Source: an uncultured Atopobiaceae bacterium (lineage in GTDB: Bacteria; Actinomycetota; Coriobacteriia; Coriobacteriales; Atopobiaceae). Taken from it: a stretch of 64,000 bases of DNA. Below are positions 44,889 to 55,548 of the stretch, piece by piece (positions within the stretch are counted from its first letter, which is position 1; every line of letters begins with the position of its first letter). The stretch covers positions 17,253 to 81,252 of the forward strand of contig CANQSI010000001.1 of assembly GCA_947626465.1 (NCBI GenBank). The letters are read 5' to 3'. The notes beneath the pieces were generated by a model that was not told the origin of the DNA, made no database searches, and was given only the letters and a program-made list of their open reading frames with translations. The position numbers and the translations under genes are program-made.

Positions 44889-47465
44889 ATGGCAAATACG
44901 CCCGTCCACAAGCTCGCCAAGGATCTTGGCATGTCGAGCAAGGAGCTTCTGGGCTACCTCGCGGAAATGGGTATCCCGGCGAAGTCTCCCTCTTCGGGGC
45001 TCGTGCCCGCCTACGTGTCGATGGCCAAGAAGAAGCTCGGTCCCATCCTCAAGGCTCGCCAGGAGGAGATCCTTGCGCAGAGGAAAGCCGAGGAGGAGGA
45101 AGCCGCAAAGGCCGCCGAGGAGGAGCGCAGGCGCCGCGAGGCGGAGCGCGTCGAGGTCGAACGCCGTCGTGCCGAGGAGCGCAAGGCCGCCGAGGAGGAA
45201 CGCAAGCGCCGCGAGGCGGAGAAGGCCGCCGAGGAGGAGCGCAAGCGCGCCGAGGAAGAGGCGAATCGCGTGCGCGACAACGCGCCGAAGCTCTCGCCCT
45301 CCTTCGAGGGCCTGCTCTCGCAGATCGCGCAGCAGGAAGAGGTGCTGAAGCAGCAGGCTGAGGCCTCTGTGCGCGCGAAGGATGCCGCGAGGGGCCAGGG
45401 CGCGCCGCGCCAAGCCCATGAGAAGCGTCCCGCGCCGATGCCCGAGCCCGAGCGCACGGGCGGGGATCGCCGTGGGCGCGGCGGTCGTCGTCGCAAGGGG
45501 CAGGAGAACGAGGATCGCTACGCGCGTATGGCGCGCGCGGCCGAGGAGTACAACCGCGAGCGCGTGCTCGAGGATGCGCGTGCGCAGGTGGAGGAGGCCA
45601 ACCGCGCCTCCACCGGCCGGCGCAAGAAGCGCAAGGAACGCCGCCAACAGCAGCAGGCGCAGCGTGAGGAGGAGCGCGCGATAGCCGAGGCCATTGCCAA
45701 CGACCAGGACGTCTCGCAGCTCGGCACGGTGAAGGTGCCGCAGGGCTCCACCGTGGCGGAGCTCGCAGAGCTCCTCGGGGTGGACGCGTCGGATATCGTG
45801 AAGCGCCTCTTCCTCTTGGGAACGCCGCTCACGATGACGCAATCCATGACCGACGACCTTATCGAGCTCGTGGCCGATGACCTTGGACGCGAGGTGCGCG
45901 TGATGACGAAGGAGGAGGAGAACTCCTTCACCTTCTACGACGATCCGGCGGACCTCCTGCCGCGCTCGCCGGTGGTAACCGTGATGGGCCACGTCGACCA
46001 CGGCAAGACGTCGCTTCTCGACGCCATCCGCGACACCGGCGTGGTGGCCTCGGAGGCGGGTGGCATCACCCAGCACATCGGCGCCTCGCAGGTGGAAATC
46101 GACGGACGCAAGATCACCTTCGTCGACACGCCCGGCCACGAGACGTTCACCGCGATGCGCGCACGCGGCGCGAAGGTGACGGACATCGTCATCCTCGTGG
46201 TCGCGGCGGACGACGGCGTGATGCCGCAGACCGTCGAATCGATCAACCACGCCCGCGCCGCGAAGGTGCCCATCGTGGTGGCGGTGAACAAGATCGACCG
46301 CGATGACGCGAACCCCGATCGCGTGCGCCAAGAGCTCACGGAATACGAGGTCATCCCCGAGGAGTGGGGTGGCGAGAACATGTTCGTGAACATCTCGGCG
46401 AAGAAGAAGATCGGCATCGACGAGCTCCTCGAGACCGTCCTCCTCCAAGCCGACGTGCTCGAACTCAAGGCGAATCCGAACACCTTCGCCTCGGGCTACG
46501 TGCTCGAAGCCAAGCTCGACAGGGGCCGAGGGGCCGTGGCGACGGTTCTCGTGAACCGCGGCACGCTCCACGTGGGCGACGCCTTGGTGGCGGGCATGAG
46601 CCATGGACGCGTGCGCGCCATGCTCGACCAGCATGGCCAAAACGTCGAGAGCGCCGGCCCCTCCGACGCCGTCGAGATCCTCGGCCTCTCCTCCGTGCCT
46701 GCGGCGGGCGACGAGTTCCGCGTGTTCCAGGATGAGCGCGATGCGCGCGACCTCGCGGAGCAGCGCGCGCTCAAGGCTCGCATCGAGGAGCAGAACGCCA
46801 CGCATAAGGTGACCCTCGAAAACCTCTTCGAGACGATGGACGAGGGGGAGATCGCCGAGCTCAACCTCGTCGTGAAGGCGGACGTCCAAGGTTCCATCGA
46901 GGCGCTCCGCGACGCGCTCGCGAAGATCGACCAGTCCGAGGTGAAGATCAACGTCATCCACGGCGCCGTCGGCGGCATCACGGAAACCGACGTCATCCTC
47001 GCCTCCGCCTCCGATGCCGTGATCATCGGCTTCGGCGTGCGGCCCGAGGCGAAGGCGCGCACGCTCGCCGAGCGCGACGGCGTGGAGATCCGCACCTACT
47101 CCGTCATCTACCAGGCCATCGAGGACATCGACGCGGCCCGCATCGGCATGCTCCGGCCCACCGAGGAGGAGCGCGAGACGGGCGAGGCCGAGGTGCGCGA
47201 GACCTTCAAGGTGCCAAAGGTGGGCGTGGCGGCAGGCTGCATGGTCACGCAGGGCGAGATCTCCCGGGACGACCGCGTGCGCATCGTGCGCAACGGCGTG
47301 GTGGTCTACGACGGGTCGTTCGCCTCGATGCGTCGCTATAAGGACGACGTGCCCAGCGTGCGTGCGGGCTATGAGTGTGGCCTCTCCTTCGAGAGCTTCC
47401 AGGACTTCCACATCGGCGACGTGGTCGAGGCGTACCGCATCGTCGAGGTGGCCCGTACGAGCTAG
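44889..47465 (+). CDS. infB: Translation initiation factor IF-2
   Basis: 858 aa. The N-terminus is Glu/Arg/Lys/Ala-rich and repetitive. The GTPase domain has [18 protein letters not shown] and NKID, followed by C-terminal beta-barrels. Confidence 0.95.
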   Translation: MANTPVHKLAKDLGMSSKELLGYLAEMGIPAKSPSSGLVPAYVSMAKKKLGPILKARQEEILAQRKAEEEEAAKAAEEERRRREAERVEVERRRAEERKAAEEERKRREAEKAAEEERKRAEEEANRVRDNAPKLSPSFEGLLSQIAQQEEVLKQQAEASVRAKDAARGQGAPRQAHEKRPAPMPEPERTGGDRRGRGGRRRKGQENEDRYARMARAAEEYNRERVLEDARAQVEEANRASTGRRKKRKERRQQQQAQREEERAIAEAIANDQDVSQLGTVKVPQGSTVAELAELLGVDASDIVKRLFLLGTPLTMTQSMTDDLIELVADDLGREVRVMTKEEENSFTFYDDPADLLPRSPVVTVMGHVDHGKTSLLDAIRDTGVVASEAGGITQHIGASQVEIDGRKITFVDTPGHETFTAMRARGAKVTDIVILVVAADDGVMPQTVESINHARAAKVPIVVAVNKIDRDDANPDRVRQELTEYEVIPEEWGGENMFVNISAKKKIGIDELLETVLLQADVLELKANPNTFASGYVLEAKLDRGRGAVATVLVNRGTLHVGDALVAGMSHGRVRAMLDQHGQNVESAGPSDAVEILGLSSVPAAGDEFRVFQDERDARDLAEQRALKARIEEQNATHKVTLENLFETMDEGEIAELNLVVKADVQGSIEALRDALAKIDQSEVKINVIHGAVGGITETDVILASASDAVIIGFGVRPEAKARTLAERDGVEIRTYSVIYQAIEDIDAARIGMLRPTEEERETGEAEVRETFKVPKVGVAAGCMVTQGEISRDDRVRIVRNGVVVYDGSFASMRRYKDDVPSVRAGYECGLSFESFQDFHIGDVVEAYRIVEVARTS

Positions 47466-47477
47466 GAGCATCGAACG

Positions 47478-47888
47478 GTGAAACACTCGCCCTCAAGTCG
47501 TCGCTCTCAGGAGATCGCGCGCGAGAAGCTCGCGGCGATCCTCCAGACGAAGGTGTCGGATCCGGCGCTCGCGGGCGTCGTGGTCACCGGCTGCGACGTG
47601 TCCGTCGATCGATCGTTCATACGCGCGTTTGTGGCGTGTCCCGCTGAGGACGAGGAGGCGGTTGCCGAGGCCTTCGGGAGGGCCAAGGGCCATATCCGCC
47701 GGCTCTTGGGCCGTGCCCTCGGGTGGCGCGTGACGCCTGAGCTCGACCTTCGCATCGATCCCTCCACCGAGGAGGCGCAGCGCATCACGGAGGCGCTCAA
47801 GCACGTGCCTCCCACGATGACCGAGGAGAAGGACGAGGACGGCTATCCGATCGAGCCCGCGGACGTCGATGAGGGTGAGCGCGCTTGA
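47478..47888 (+). CDS. rbfA: Ribosome-binding factor A
   Basis: 136 aa with a GTG start. The RbfA KH-like core is present (VSDPALAGVVVTGCDVSVDRSFIRAFV...IRRLLG....RVTPEL.F..D) with an acidic C-terminal extension. It lies directly after infB. Confidence 0.85.
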   Translation: MKHSPSSRRSQEIAREKLAAILQTKVSDPALAGVVVTGCDVSVDRSFIRAFVACPAEDEEAVAEAFGRAKGHIRRLLGRALGWRVTPELDLRIDPSTEEAQRITEALKHVPPTMTEEKDEDGYPIEPADVDEGERA

Positions 47889-48904
47889 GAAGCGTCCCCG
47901 AAGAAGAACGGCGCCTGCAGGAGCGGGGATTCGTCCTTCTCAGCGAGGCCATAGAGCGTGCGGAGACGATCGCGATCTGCGCGCACATGTCGCCCGACGG
48001 GGACGCGCTCGGCTCGGAGCTCTCGCTTGCGGCGATCATCCGTGAACGCTGGCCGGAAAAGCACGTGCGGTGCCTCCTCGCCGAGGAGAAGGACGTGCCC
48101 CGCCATCTGCGCTTCCTCCCGATGGTTGGCGAGCTGGTGACGCCTCGCGCCTACGAGGGGACGCCCGACCTCTTCCTCGCCGTCGACCTTTCCGTGGCCT
48201 CGAGGCTCGCGGAGGCGCAGGCGATCATGGAGCGGGCGCGTGAGGTGTTCGTGATCGACCACCATCCCACGGAGCATCCCTTCGGAGGTGCGCAGGTCAT
48301 GCGCCCAGACGCGGCGGCATGCGGGGTGGTCGTGCTCGAATATGCGCTCTATCTCGACGTGTGCGTGACGCGCGACATCGCCATGCTCCTCTTCTGCGCG
48401 ATCATGACCGACACCGGCCGCTTCCAATACCAAAACGCGAACGCGGAGGCATTCTGGGCAGCCGGAAAGCTCGTTGCCGCAGGCGCGGACCCCTCCGTTG
48501 TGGCGCTCAACGTCTACCAATCCATGCGACTCTCCTACCTTCGCCTCGAATCGATCGTCATGGGGCGCATCACCACGCTCCTCGAGGGACGGATCGCCTA
48601 TTCCTGGGTGCTCTGGGAGGACTTCGAGGCGACGAGCGCCGGAGAGGACGAATCCGAGGGGCTCGTGGACATCGTGCGCTGCGTGGAGGGGGCGGAGATC
48701 GCGCTTCTCCTCAGGCAGACGCCCGAAGGCGCCATCCGCGGCAACCTGCGCTCGAAGGGCTCCATCGACGTCTCCGGCGTGGCCACGGAGTTCGGTGGGG
48801 GAGGGCACGCTGCCGCCGCCGGCTTCACGTTAGGACGCGTTTCACTCGACGAGGCCAAGGAGCGAGTGCTTCCTCGTCTCGAAGCGCTCGTGCGCGAGGC
48901 GTAG
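47885..48904 (+). CDS. nrnA: DHH/DHHA1 phosphoesterase, NrnA-like oligoribonuclease / pAp phosphatase
   Basis: 339 aa. Motifs are HMSPDGDALGS, VIDHH, DTGRFQY and GGGHAAAAG. Its position between rbfA and truB matches the actinobacterial NrnA/CnpB locus. Confidence 0.78.
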   Translation: MRSVPEEERRLQERGFVLLSEAIERAETIAICAHMSPDGDALGSELSLAAIIRERWPEKHVRCLLAEEKDVPRHLRFLPMVGELVTPRAYEGTPDLFLAVDLSVASRLAEAQAIMERAREVFVIDHHPTEHPFGGAQVMRPDAAACGVVVLEYALYLDVCVTRDIAMLLFCAIMTDTGRFQYQNANAEAFWAAGKLVAAGADPSVVALNVYQSMRLSYLRLESIVMGRITTLLEGRIAYSWVLWEDFEATSAGEDESEGLVDIVRCVEGAEIALLLRQTPEGAIRGNLRSKGSIDVSGVATEFGGGGHAAAAGFTLGRVSLDEAKERVLPRLEALVREA

Positions 48905-48909
48905 CGCCC

Positions 48910-49833
48910 ATGGGATCCCAGGGATCGCGCCCCGGCGCCCTCATCGCCGTCGACAAGCCAAGCCAGATGACATCCCACGACGTGGTGGCGCGGGTGCGTC
49001 GCGCGCTCGGCCTTCGCCGCGTGGGACACGCGGGCACGCTCGACCCCGCCGCCACGGGCGTGCTCATCATCGGCCTCGGGCAGGCCACCCGCCTCTTGGG
49101 CTTCGTGACGCTTGCCGACAAGTCGTATGTGGCGGAGTTCGTCTTCGGGGCCGAGACCTCGACCGACGATGCCGAGGGCGACGTCGTGCGCACGGCTGAG
49201 GTGCCGGAAGCGCTTCGTTCGGGCGATGCGCTCCGAAGGGCGATCGCCTCGCTCAAGGGTGAATCTCTTCAAGTGCCCCCGGCGGTGTCGGCCGTCTCGA
49301 AGGGCGGCAGGCGCGCCTACGCCGCTGCCCGAAAGGGCGAGGCGCTCGAGCTCGATCCGCGTCCCATCGAGGTGTACGACGCGACGCTGCTCTCTGAGGA
49401 GGTGCGTGACGGCTTCCTCGTGGCCACCGTGGCGCTCCGCGTTTCGAAGGGCTGCTATGTGCGTGCCCTTGCACGAGATCTCGGCAGGGAGCTCGGGTGC
49501 CTTGGCCACGTGGGCTCGCTGAAGCGAACGGCCTCCGGTCCCGTGACGCTCGGCAGGTGCCTTTCGCTCGAAGACCTCGAGACGCACGGCTGGGATATCG
49601 TCGCCTCCCGCACGCTCGACCCCCTCTTGCTCGCAGGGCTCAGCAGAAGGGACATCGAGGGCGCAGACGTGGTGCGCGCGCGAAACGGCCAGCCCCTCTA
49701 TGCGCATCCCGGCGAGGGCCCCTTGGTGGGGATCTGCTGGGACGGGCTCCTGCGGGGCGTGTGGGAGCTCAGGGCGGGAGAGCTGCGTCCCAAGGCGAAC
49801 CTCGTCGATGGCGTGCTTCTCGGAGGTGCGTGA
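48910..49833 (+). CDS. truB: tRNA pseudouridine(55) synthase TruB
   Basis: ATG at 48910, 307 aa, with ALIAVDKPSQMTSHDVV and catalytic GHAGTLDPAATGVL. Confidence 0.92.
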   Translation: MGSQGSRPGALIAVDKPSQMTSHDVVARVRRALGLRRVGHAGTLDPAATGVLIIGLGQATRLLGFVTLADKSYVAEFVFGAETSTDDAEGDVVRTAEVPEALRSGDALRRAIASLKGESLQVPPAVSAVSKGGRRAYAAARKGEALELDPRPIEVYDATLLSEEVRDGFLVATVALRVSKGCYVRALARDLGRELGCLGHVGSLKRTASGPVTLGRCLSLEDLETHGWDIVASRTLDPLLLAGLSRRDIEGADVVRARNGQPLYAHPGEGPLVGICWDGLLRGVWELRAGELRPKANLVDGVLLGGA

Positions 49834-50888
49834 TGGCAGGCGGTGCGCGCGAGGCGATGCTTCGCTCCATCACGCGGCGCTCGCTTTTTCTGGGAACCTC
49901 GCTTCCCGAGCCACGCGAGCTTGAGGGAGCGAAGCTCTACGACCTTTCCGGGCGCTGGGAGCCGGGTGGCGCCGCCGTCGTGGCCATCGGCGCCTTCGAT
50001 GGCGTACACATCGGCCATCAAGCGCTCATCGCCGAGGCGGCTTCCGACGCAAGGCGACGCGGCGTGCCACTCCTGCTCGTCACCTTCGATCCCGACCCCG
50101 CGTGGGTGCTCGCGCCGGATCATCGCGACCGGCAGATCCTCTCCACCGAGGATCGCCTCCGGGGCCTCGCTTCGCTCGCTCCCGACGCCATCGTGGCGTA
50201 TCGCTTCGATGAGGAGTTCGCGGCAACGCCCTACGAGGAATTCTTCACCGAGCGCCTCCTCGGGCTCGCTGAGGTCCTCTCCGTGCACGTGGGCGAGGAT
50301 TTCGCGCTCGGCCGAGGAGGCCGGGGGACCATCGATGCGCTCCGGGTGCTCTCCGGCGCCCTGGGAATCCAGCTCTTCGGGCACGAGCTCGTGGAGGTGG
50401 ATGGCCGGCCGGTGAGCGCGACGAGGATTCGCGCGCTCCTCGACGAGGGCTCCATTCGCGCTTCCTATGAGCTCATCGGACGCTACCCCTTCGTGAGGGG
50501 TCGCGTGATGCGCGGAAGGGGAGAGGGACGCGGCCTAGGCATTCCCACCGCGAACGTGCACTTCAGCTGCTCCTACGCGTTTCCCCGCGAGGGAGTGTTC
50601 GTGGGCATCCTCTGCGACGGCGGCGTCGCCTGGCCCGCCGCGGTGAATCTCGGCAATCCGCCGAGCTTCGAATCCGCGCCGCTTCGGGAAGGCACGTGGC
50701 TTGCCGAGGCCTCGCTCCTCGGCTTTGCGGGAGACCTCTACGAGCGCGAGGTCTCCGTGGTGCTCGTGGAGCGCCTCAGGGCCTCTCGGAAGTTCGCGAG
50801 CGAGGCGGAGCTCGTCGCCACGGTGAGGGCCAACCTCGGGCAGGTGGCGCATCTTCTGGGCGACGCGGGCGAGAAGGTGGTCGAGTGA
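49833..50888 (+). CDS. ribF: Bifunctional riboflavin kinase / FMN adenylyltransferase
   Basis: The ATG at 49833 overlaps the truB stop (TGATG), 351 aa. Motifs are IGAFDGVHIGHQALI, then the kinase half GRGLGIPTANV and LVERLR...F.S...L. Confidence 0.9.
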   Translation: MAGGAREAMLRSITRRSLFLGTSLPEPRELEGAKLYDLSGRWEPGGAAVVAIGAFDGVHIGHQALIAEAASDARRRGVPLLLVTFDPDPAWVLAPDHRDRQILSTEDRLRGLASLAPDAIVAYRFDEEFAATPYEEFFTERLLGLAEVLSVHVGEDFALGRGGRGTIDALRVLSGALGIQLFGHELVEVDGRPVSATRIRALLDEGSIRASYELIGRYPFVRGRVMRGRGEGRGLGIPTANVHFSCSYAFPREGVFVGILCDGGVAWPAAVNLGNPPSFESAPLREGTWLAEASLLGFAGDLYEREVSVVLVERLRASRKFASEAELVATVRANLGQVAHLLGDAGEKVVE

Positions 50889-52762
50889 TCTCTCCCGAGG
50901 AGAAGGAGCGGGTTGTCCAGGCGACGGACTTCGTGGGCCTCGTGGGTGAGACGGTCGTCCTCCACGAGAAGTCCGCAGGCGATTTCTGGGGATGCTGCCC
51001 CTTCCACGAGGAGAGGACCGAATCCTTCCACGTGTCGGCCGATCGCGGGCTCTTCTACTGCTTCGGGTGCGGGGCGAAGGGCGACGTCATCGACTACGTG
51101 AAGCGGCGCGAGAACCTCGAGTTCGCCGACGCCGTGCGCTATCTCGCGGATCGCGCCCATATCGAGCTCCACGAGAGCAACGCCCCGAGCGCCGGCCCCG
51201 GAAGGGGCAGGATCGTCGCCTGCCTCGAAGAGGCGCAACGCCACTTCGCGAAGCTCCTCTTGAGCACTCGTGATGCCGCGGGGGAGTGCCAGAAGGCGCG
51301 CAACTACCTCTCGAAGCGCTCGCTCGGACGTGAGGTGTCGAGGCGCTGGGGACTCGGCTATTCGCTCGGCCGAGGAGATCTCGTAAGCCACCTTCGGGGA
51401 AGGGGGTTCACGCCTCGAGAGATCGTGGCGGCGGATCTCGGCGTCGAGGGGCCTCGCGGACTTCGGGATCGCTTCTTCAATCGCGTGATGTTTCCCATTC
51501 GAGACGCCGCGGGGCAGGTGATCGGCTTCGGCGGGCGCGTGATCGACACGTCGCTTCCGAAGTACCTGAACAGCCGCGACTCTTCCATTTGGCACAAGCG
51601 CAAGAACCTCTATGCGCTCGATCGTGCGAAGGATTCCATCACGGCGACAGGACGGGTGGTGATCGTCGAGGGCTATACCGATGCCATCGCCATGCATGAG
51701 GCCGGCATCACCAACACGGTCGCCATCCTCGGAACGGCACTCACCGCGGACCACCTGAAGGTGCTCTCGCGTTTCAGGCCGAGAGAGATCATCTCTCTCC
51801 TCGACGGCGACGAGGCGGGGCAGCGAGCCGCGGAGAAGATCGTCGCCCTCGTGGGGCAGACGCGCGCGAAGCTCCTCTGCGTCGTGCTCCCGGAAGGCAA
51901 GGATCCTGCGGAATACCTCGAGGCCGAGGGCCCGCACGCCATGATGGAGCGCCTCGCTCGGGCATCCGACCTCGTGCTCTTCGTGCTTGAGCGTCGCCTT
52001 CGCGCGGCAGAGGGCGCCTCGGTGGGGGAGCGCGCGCAGATCCTCGACGACGTGTGCGGGATACTCGCGCCGCTCTCAGACGACCCCATCGCGCTCTCCT
52101 CCTATGCGAGCATCGTGGCGGATGCCTTCTCCGTTGACGACGCCCAAATCCACACGCGGATCCGCGATGCGGCAAGAAAGCTCGCCATGGCGCCCTACCC
52201 GCGTCCGGGCTTGCCGGATGGGACTTCGGATGGGGAGCGGGGGTATGCGACGGAGGAGCCAGGCGAACCGCTTCCGGACCTCTCCCGCGTGGGCGCCGCC
52301 GAGCGCTCGAGGCTCCTCTCGGAAAGGGAGCTCCTCGCCACGCTCGCCTCGAGGCCCGCGGCCTTCGCTCGCGAATCGGAGCGCATCCGCGGGCTCTCTT
52401 GGGGAGATCCGCGCCATGGGCGCATCGCCGATGCCCTGCTTGCCACGTCGAACGCCCGTGCGAGCGAACGGCTCGCCGCAGCGCGTGCCGTGGACGCGTA
52501 TGCACCGCAAATCCTCGCCGCGTCCGAGTTCGATCGCCTGGGCGGGCGTTGGGGAGAGGTGGAGGCGACGTTTCTCGTGGATCAAGTGGAATTGCAATCG
52601 CTTTCCCAGGATCTACGGCGCACGTCGTCGGCGCTGCATGCGGCTGAAATCGCAGGAGATGACCAGCGCATCCAAGAGCTCATGCGAAGCGCCCAGGCCC
52701 TGCGTGGGCGAATGGCGGAATTGGAAGCTTCCGTGAGATCGTGGAACGATCGCGGGGAATGA
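50885..52762 (+). CDS. dnaG: DNA primase
   Basis: The GTG at 50885 overlaps the ribF stop (GTGA), 625 aa. The zinc finger is CCPFHEERTESFHV...FYCFGCGAKGD. The TOPRIM region has VIVEGYTDAI and LDGDEAG. Confidence 0.93.
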   Translation: MISPEEKERVVQATDFVGLVGETVVLHEKSAGDFWGCCPFHEERTESFHVSADRGLFYCFGCGAKGDVIDYVKRRENLEFADAVRYLADRAHIELHESNAPSAGPGRGRIVACLEEAQRHFAKLLLSTRDAAGECQKARNYLSKRSLGREVSRRWGLGYSLGRGDLVSHLRGRGFTPREIVAADLGVEGPRGLRDRFFNRVMFPIRDAAGQVIGFGGRVIDTSLPKYLNSRDSSIWHKRKNLYALDRAKDSITATGRVVIVEGYTDAIAMHEAGITNTVAILGTALTADHLKVLSRFRPREIISLLDGDEAGQRAAEKIVALVGQTRAKLLCVVLPEGKDPAEYLEAEGPHAMMERLARASDLVLFVLERRLRAAEGASVGERAQILDDVCGILAPLSDDPIALSSYASIVADAFSVDDAQIHTRIRDAARKLAMAPYPRPGLPDGTSDGERGYATEEPGEPLPDLSRVGAAERSRLLSERELLATLASRPAAFARESERIRGLSWGDPRHGRIADALLATSNARASERLAAARAVDAYAPQILAASEFDRLGGRWGEVEATFLVDQVELQSLSQDLRRTSSALHAAEIAGDDQRIQELMRSAQALRGRMAELEASVRSWNDRGE

Positions 52763-52814
52763 TTGTACGTCGGAGTAGAATGGCTTGTTTCTAAATCAGT
52801 CGGAAGGAATTCCC

Positions 52815-55295
52815 TTGGCAGCTAAATCGCACGAGGATGAAGCCCCCGAAAGCACCCAAGAAGAGAAATCATCGAAAAGCACGAAGAAAGCCGCTTCGAC
52901 GGGCGCTAAGAAGGCAACCGAGAAGAAACCCGCGAAACCGAAGGCTGCGAAAAGCGCAAAGAACGCTTCGGACGATGCCGCGGTAGAAACGGCGAAGGCG
53001 CCGGAAGGGGAGCAGGAATCCTCCGAGAAGCCCGCGAAGGCTGCCAGCGCGAAGGCGAGCTCCTCGAAGAAGCCGGCCACCAAGAAGTCTGGAGAAGCCG
53101 AGGGAAAGGCTTCGTCGAAGGCCAAGGATCAGAAGCAGGCCAAGGCGGCTGCGCCGGCCAAGAAAGCCGCGAAACCCAAGGCAAAGACCGCAAAGGGCAA
53201 GGCTTCGAAGGTTGACGGGGAGAGCCCGAAGAAAGACGAGGCGAACCTCGAGGCGGATCAGGCTGAGAAGAAGGCCACCGCGAGCAAATCCCGCGCGAAG
53301 AAAGCCACGGCAAAGGGCGCGCCCGAGGAAACGCCCGCGAAGAAGGCGCCGGCAAAGAAGACGCCGGCAAAGAAGAAGACAACCAAACCCGAGGCGAAGG
53401 CGGAGGCTTCGGAAGTTGCCGAAGAACTCGTCGAGGCGAAGAAGCCCGCCGAGGATGAGAAGCTCGCAAAGCCAAAGGCCAAGAAAGCCCAAAGCACCAC
53501 CGCGAAGGCAAAGGAGTCCTCGGCGAAGGCGAGCGAGGACACAGCGCCTTCGAAGAAGCAGGATGGGAAGAAGAAGCCTTCGAAGCCCAAGAGCGCAAAG
53601 GCCAAGGAAGCCCAGGCTGAAGCAGTGACCGAAGAGCCTGAGGTAACGGCGGAGGCGAAGGAAGAGGCGAAGAAACCCTCGAAGAGCGCTTCGAAGCCCA
53701 AGAAGGCTTCGAAAAAGGCCAAGGTCGAAGAGGCCTCCGAAGCCGCCACGGCAAAAGAGGCGGAAGAGCTTGCGGAAACGCCCGCGAAGGCGAAGAAGGC
53801 CGCGAAGAAGGCCTCGACCAAGAGCCCTTCGAAGAGCGCCACCGAAAGCAAGAAGAAGAGCTCCGCAAAGGGCGCAAAGTCGGCAAAGTCCTCGAAGAAG
53901 ACCACGAAGAAGCCGGCGTCGAAAAAGAAGAAGAGCTCGGATGAGGCTCCCGCCAGCATCGAGGAGGCGCTCGCTGCCGCGAAGAAGCTCGCCTCGAAGC
54001 AGAAGATGCGCATCACCGAGGATGACATCCAGTTCATGCTCCAGGACATCGACCTCGACGATTCCGAGCTCGACGATCTCTACAAGAAGATCGAGGCGGC
54101 GGGCGTGAAGATCGAGAGCGCCTTCGAGGGCGATGCCGCCCAGCTCATGGCCACGAGCGGTATCGACGATCTCTCCGCGGACGAAGCGGGAGACGAGGAC
54201 GAGGATGACGAGGATCTCGAAGACGAGGTCCTCGAGGTGGAGGAGCTCGTCGAAGCCGTTGAGCCGGAGAGCCAATCGAGGCCCGCGAGCTCGAGCAAAG
54301 GCCGCTCGAAGTCGTCGAATCGCCGTAAGAGCGCGGCCCAGCGCAGGCGCCAGGATCCGTCGGTGATCCTCCTCGCGAAGGATCCCGTGCGTCTCTACCT
54401 CAAGGAGATCGGCAAGGTCGACCTCCTCACGGCTGCCGAGGAAGTCGACCTCGCGATGAAGATCCAGGCGGGCACCGATGCCACCGCCAAGCTCGAGGCC
54501 TACGAGCGCGGCGAGATCGATCTCGGCCGCGCCGAGCTTCGTCGCCTCGATCGCATCGAGGAGATGGGCCTCGACGCAAAGCAGGCGCTCATCTCGGCGA
54601 ACCTTCGCCTCGTCGTGTCCATCGCAAAGCGCTACATCAAGCGCGGCATGCTCTTCCTCGATCTCATCCAAGAAGGCAACCTCGGCCTCATCCGTGCCGT
54701 GGAGAAGTTCGACTACACGCGAGGCTTCAAGTTCTCCACCTATGCCACGTGGTGGATCCGCCAGGCCATCACGCGCGCCATCGCGGACCAGGCGCGCACC
54801 ATCCGCATTCCCGTGCACATGGTGGAGACCATCAACAAGATGGTGCGGATCCAGAGAAACCTCCTACAGAAGCTCGGCCGGGAGGCGACGCCGGAGGAAA
54901 TCGCGGAGGAGATGGACATCACGCCGGAGCGCGTGCTCGAGATCCAGAAGATCAGCCAGGAGCCGGTCTCCCTCGAGACGCCGATTGGCGAAGAGGACGA
55001 TTCCCAGCTCGGCGACTTCATCGAGGACCAAACGGCGGTGAAGCCGCCCGAGGCCGCCACCGATTCGATGCTCCGCGCCCAGCTCGACCAAGTGCTCGAC
55101 GGGCTCGCAGATCGTGAGCGCAAGGTCATCAAGCTGCGCTTCGGCCTCGAGGACGGACATCCCCGCACCCTCGAGGAAGTGGGCCGCGAGTTCGGCGTCA
55201 CCCGAGAGCGCATCCGCCAAATCGAATCGAAGACGCTCGCCAAGCTCCGCCACCCAAGCCGCTCCGGCAAGCTGAAGGACTACATCGAAGACTAA
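52815..55295 (+). CDS. rpoD: Primary RNA polymerase sigma factor (RpoD/SigA group 1) with a ~380-aa Lys/Ala/Pro/Glu-rich N-terminal extension
   Basis: The C-terminal 304 aa (from nt 54381) carry regions 1.2-4.2: [49 protein letters not shown] and [20 protein letters not shown]. The start is TTG 52815 (GGAAGGA 6 nt upstream) or TTG 52785. Confidence 0.92.
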   Translation: MAAKSHEDEAPESTQEEKSSKSTKKAASTGAKKATEKKPAKPKAAKSAKNASDDAAVETAKAPEGEQESSEKPAKAASAKASSSKKPATKKSGEAEGKASSKAKDQKQAKAAAPAKKAAKPKAKTAKGKASKVDGESPKKDEANLEADQAEKKATASKSRAKKATAKGAPEETPAKKAPAKKTPAKKKTTKPEAKAEASEVAEELVEAKKPAEDEKLAKPKAKKAQSTTAKAKESSAKASEDTAPSKKQDGKKKPSKPKSAKAKEAQAEAVTEEPEVTAEAKEEAKKPSKSASKPKKASKKAKVEEASEAATAKEAEELAETPAKAKKAAKKASTKSPSKSATESKKKSSAKGAKSAKSSKKTTKKPASKKKKSSDEAPASIEEALAAAKKLASKQKMRITEDDIQFMLQDIDLDDSELDDLYKKIEAAGVKIESAFEGDAAQLMATSGIDDLSADEAGDEDEDDEDLEDEVLEVEELVEAVEPESQSRPASSSKGRSKSSNRRKSAAQRRRQDPSVILLAKDPVRLYLKEIGKVDLLTAAEEVDLAMKIQAGTDATAKLEAYERGEIDLGRAELRRLDRIEEMGLDAKQALISANLRLVVSIAKRYIKRGMLFLDLIQEGNLGLIRAVEKFDYTRGFKFSTYATWWIRQAITRAIADQARTIRIPVHMVETINKMVRIQRNLLQKLGREATPEEIAEEMDITPERVLEIQKISQEPVSLETPIGEEDDSQLGDFIEDQTAVKPPEAATDSMLRAQLDQVLDGLADRERKVIKLRFGLEDGHPRTLEEVGREFGVTRERIRQIESKTLAKLRHPSRSGKLKDYIED

Positions 55296-55299
55296 AAAG

Positions 55300-55326
55300 A
55301 AAGCGCCTCGAAAGAGGCGCTTTTCA
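55300..55326. terminator. Bidirectional intrinsic terminator between rpoD and tRNA-Asn
   Basis: AAAGCGCCTC-gaaa-GAGGCGCTTT, flanked by an A-run upstream and TTTT downstream. It lies 5 nt after the rpoD stop and 6 nt beyond the tRNA 3' end on the other strand. Confidence 0.75.
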
Positions 55327-55331
55327 TGTTC

Positions 55332-55406
55332 TGGCTCCTCGGGTAGGACTCGAACCTACAACAACTCGGTTAACAGCCGAGGGCTCTACCATTGAGCTAC
55401 CGAGGA
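55332..55406 (-). tRNA. tRNA-Asn (anticodon GTT), CCA encoded
   Basis: The reverse complement reads UCCUCGG-UA-GCUC-AAUGGUA-GAGC-C-CUCGG-CUGUUAA-CCGAG-UUGUU-GUAGG-UUCGAGU-CCUAC-CCGAGGA-G-CCA. This is a full cloverleaf with the GUUCGA T-loop and anticodon GUU. Confidence 0.93.
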
Positions 55407-55426
55407 ATAGTTTGTCGTGCGAGGTG

Positions 55427-55454
55427 ATTATACGTGAACCTGCGCCTCGTGCAA
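55427..55454 (-). promoter_or_regulatory. Candidate sigma-70-type promoter for tRNA-Asn
   Basis: On the minus strand: TTGCAC - 16 nt - TATAAT. The -10 ends 20 nt upstream of the mature tRNA 5' end. Confidence 0.55.
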
Positions 55455-55548
55455 GCGTACGCTTTGCGCACTTTGCCCTTATGGGGGCCATGGGCGCCTG
55501 TGCTAAGGTTTGCGCGGACAAACGCAGCGAGAGTCGAGGGGGAGGTCC

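Noticed and set aside
52763-52814. TAGAAT at 52774-52779 as an rpoD-specific promoter.
   Set aside because: The matching -35 position reads CGGGGA, and the element sits only about 35 nt from the likely start. It is plausible but too weak to list as a feature.
52869-54818. The rpoD 5' region is open in most of the six frames, with overlapping ORFs of 649, 326, 263, 138 and 112 aa on both strands.
   Set aside because: This follows from the repetitive GCN/AAG/GAA/CCG codon composition of the Lys/Ala-rich tail, which cannot generate stop codons in most frames. Only the rpoD frame continues into conserved sigma regions.
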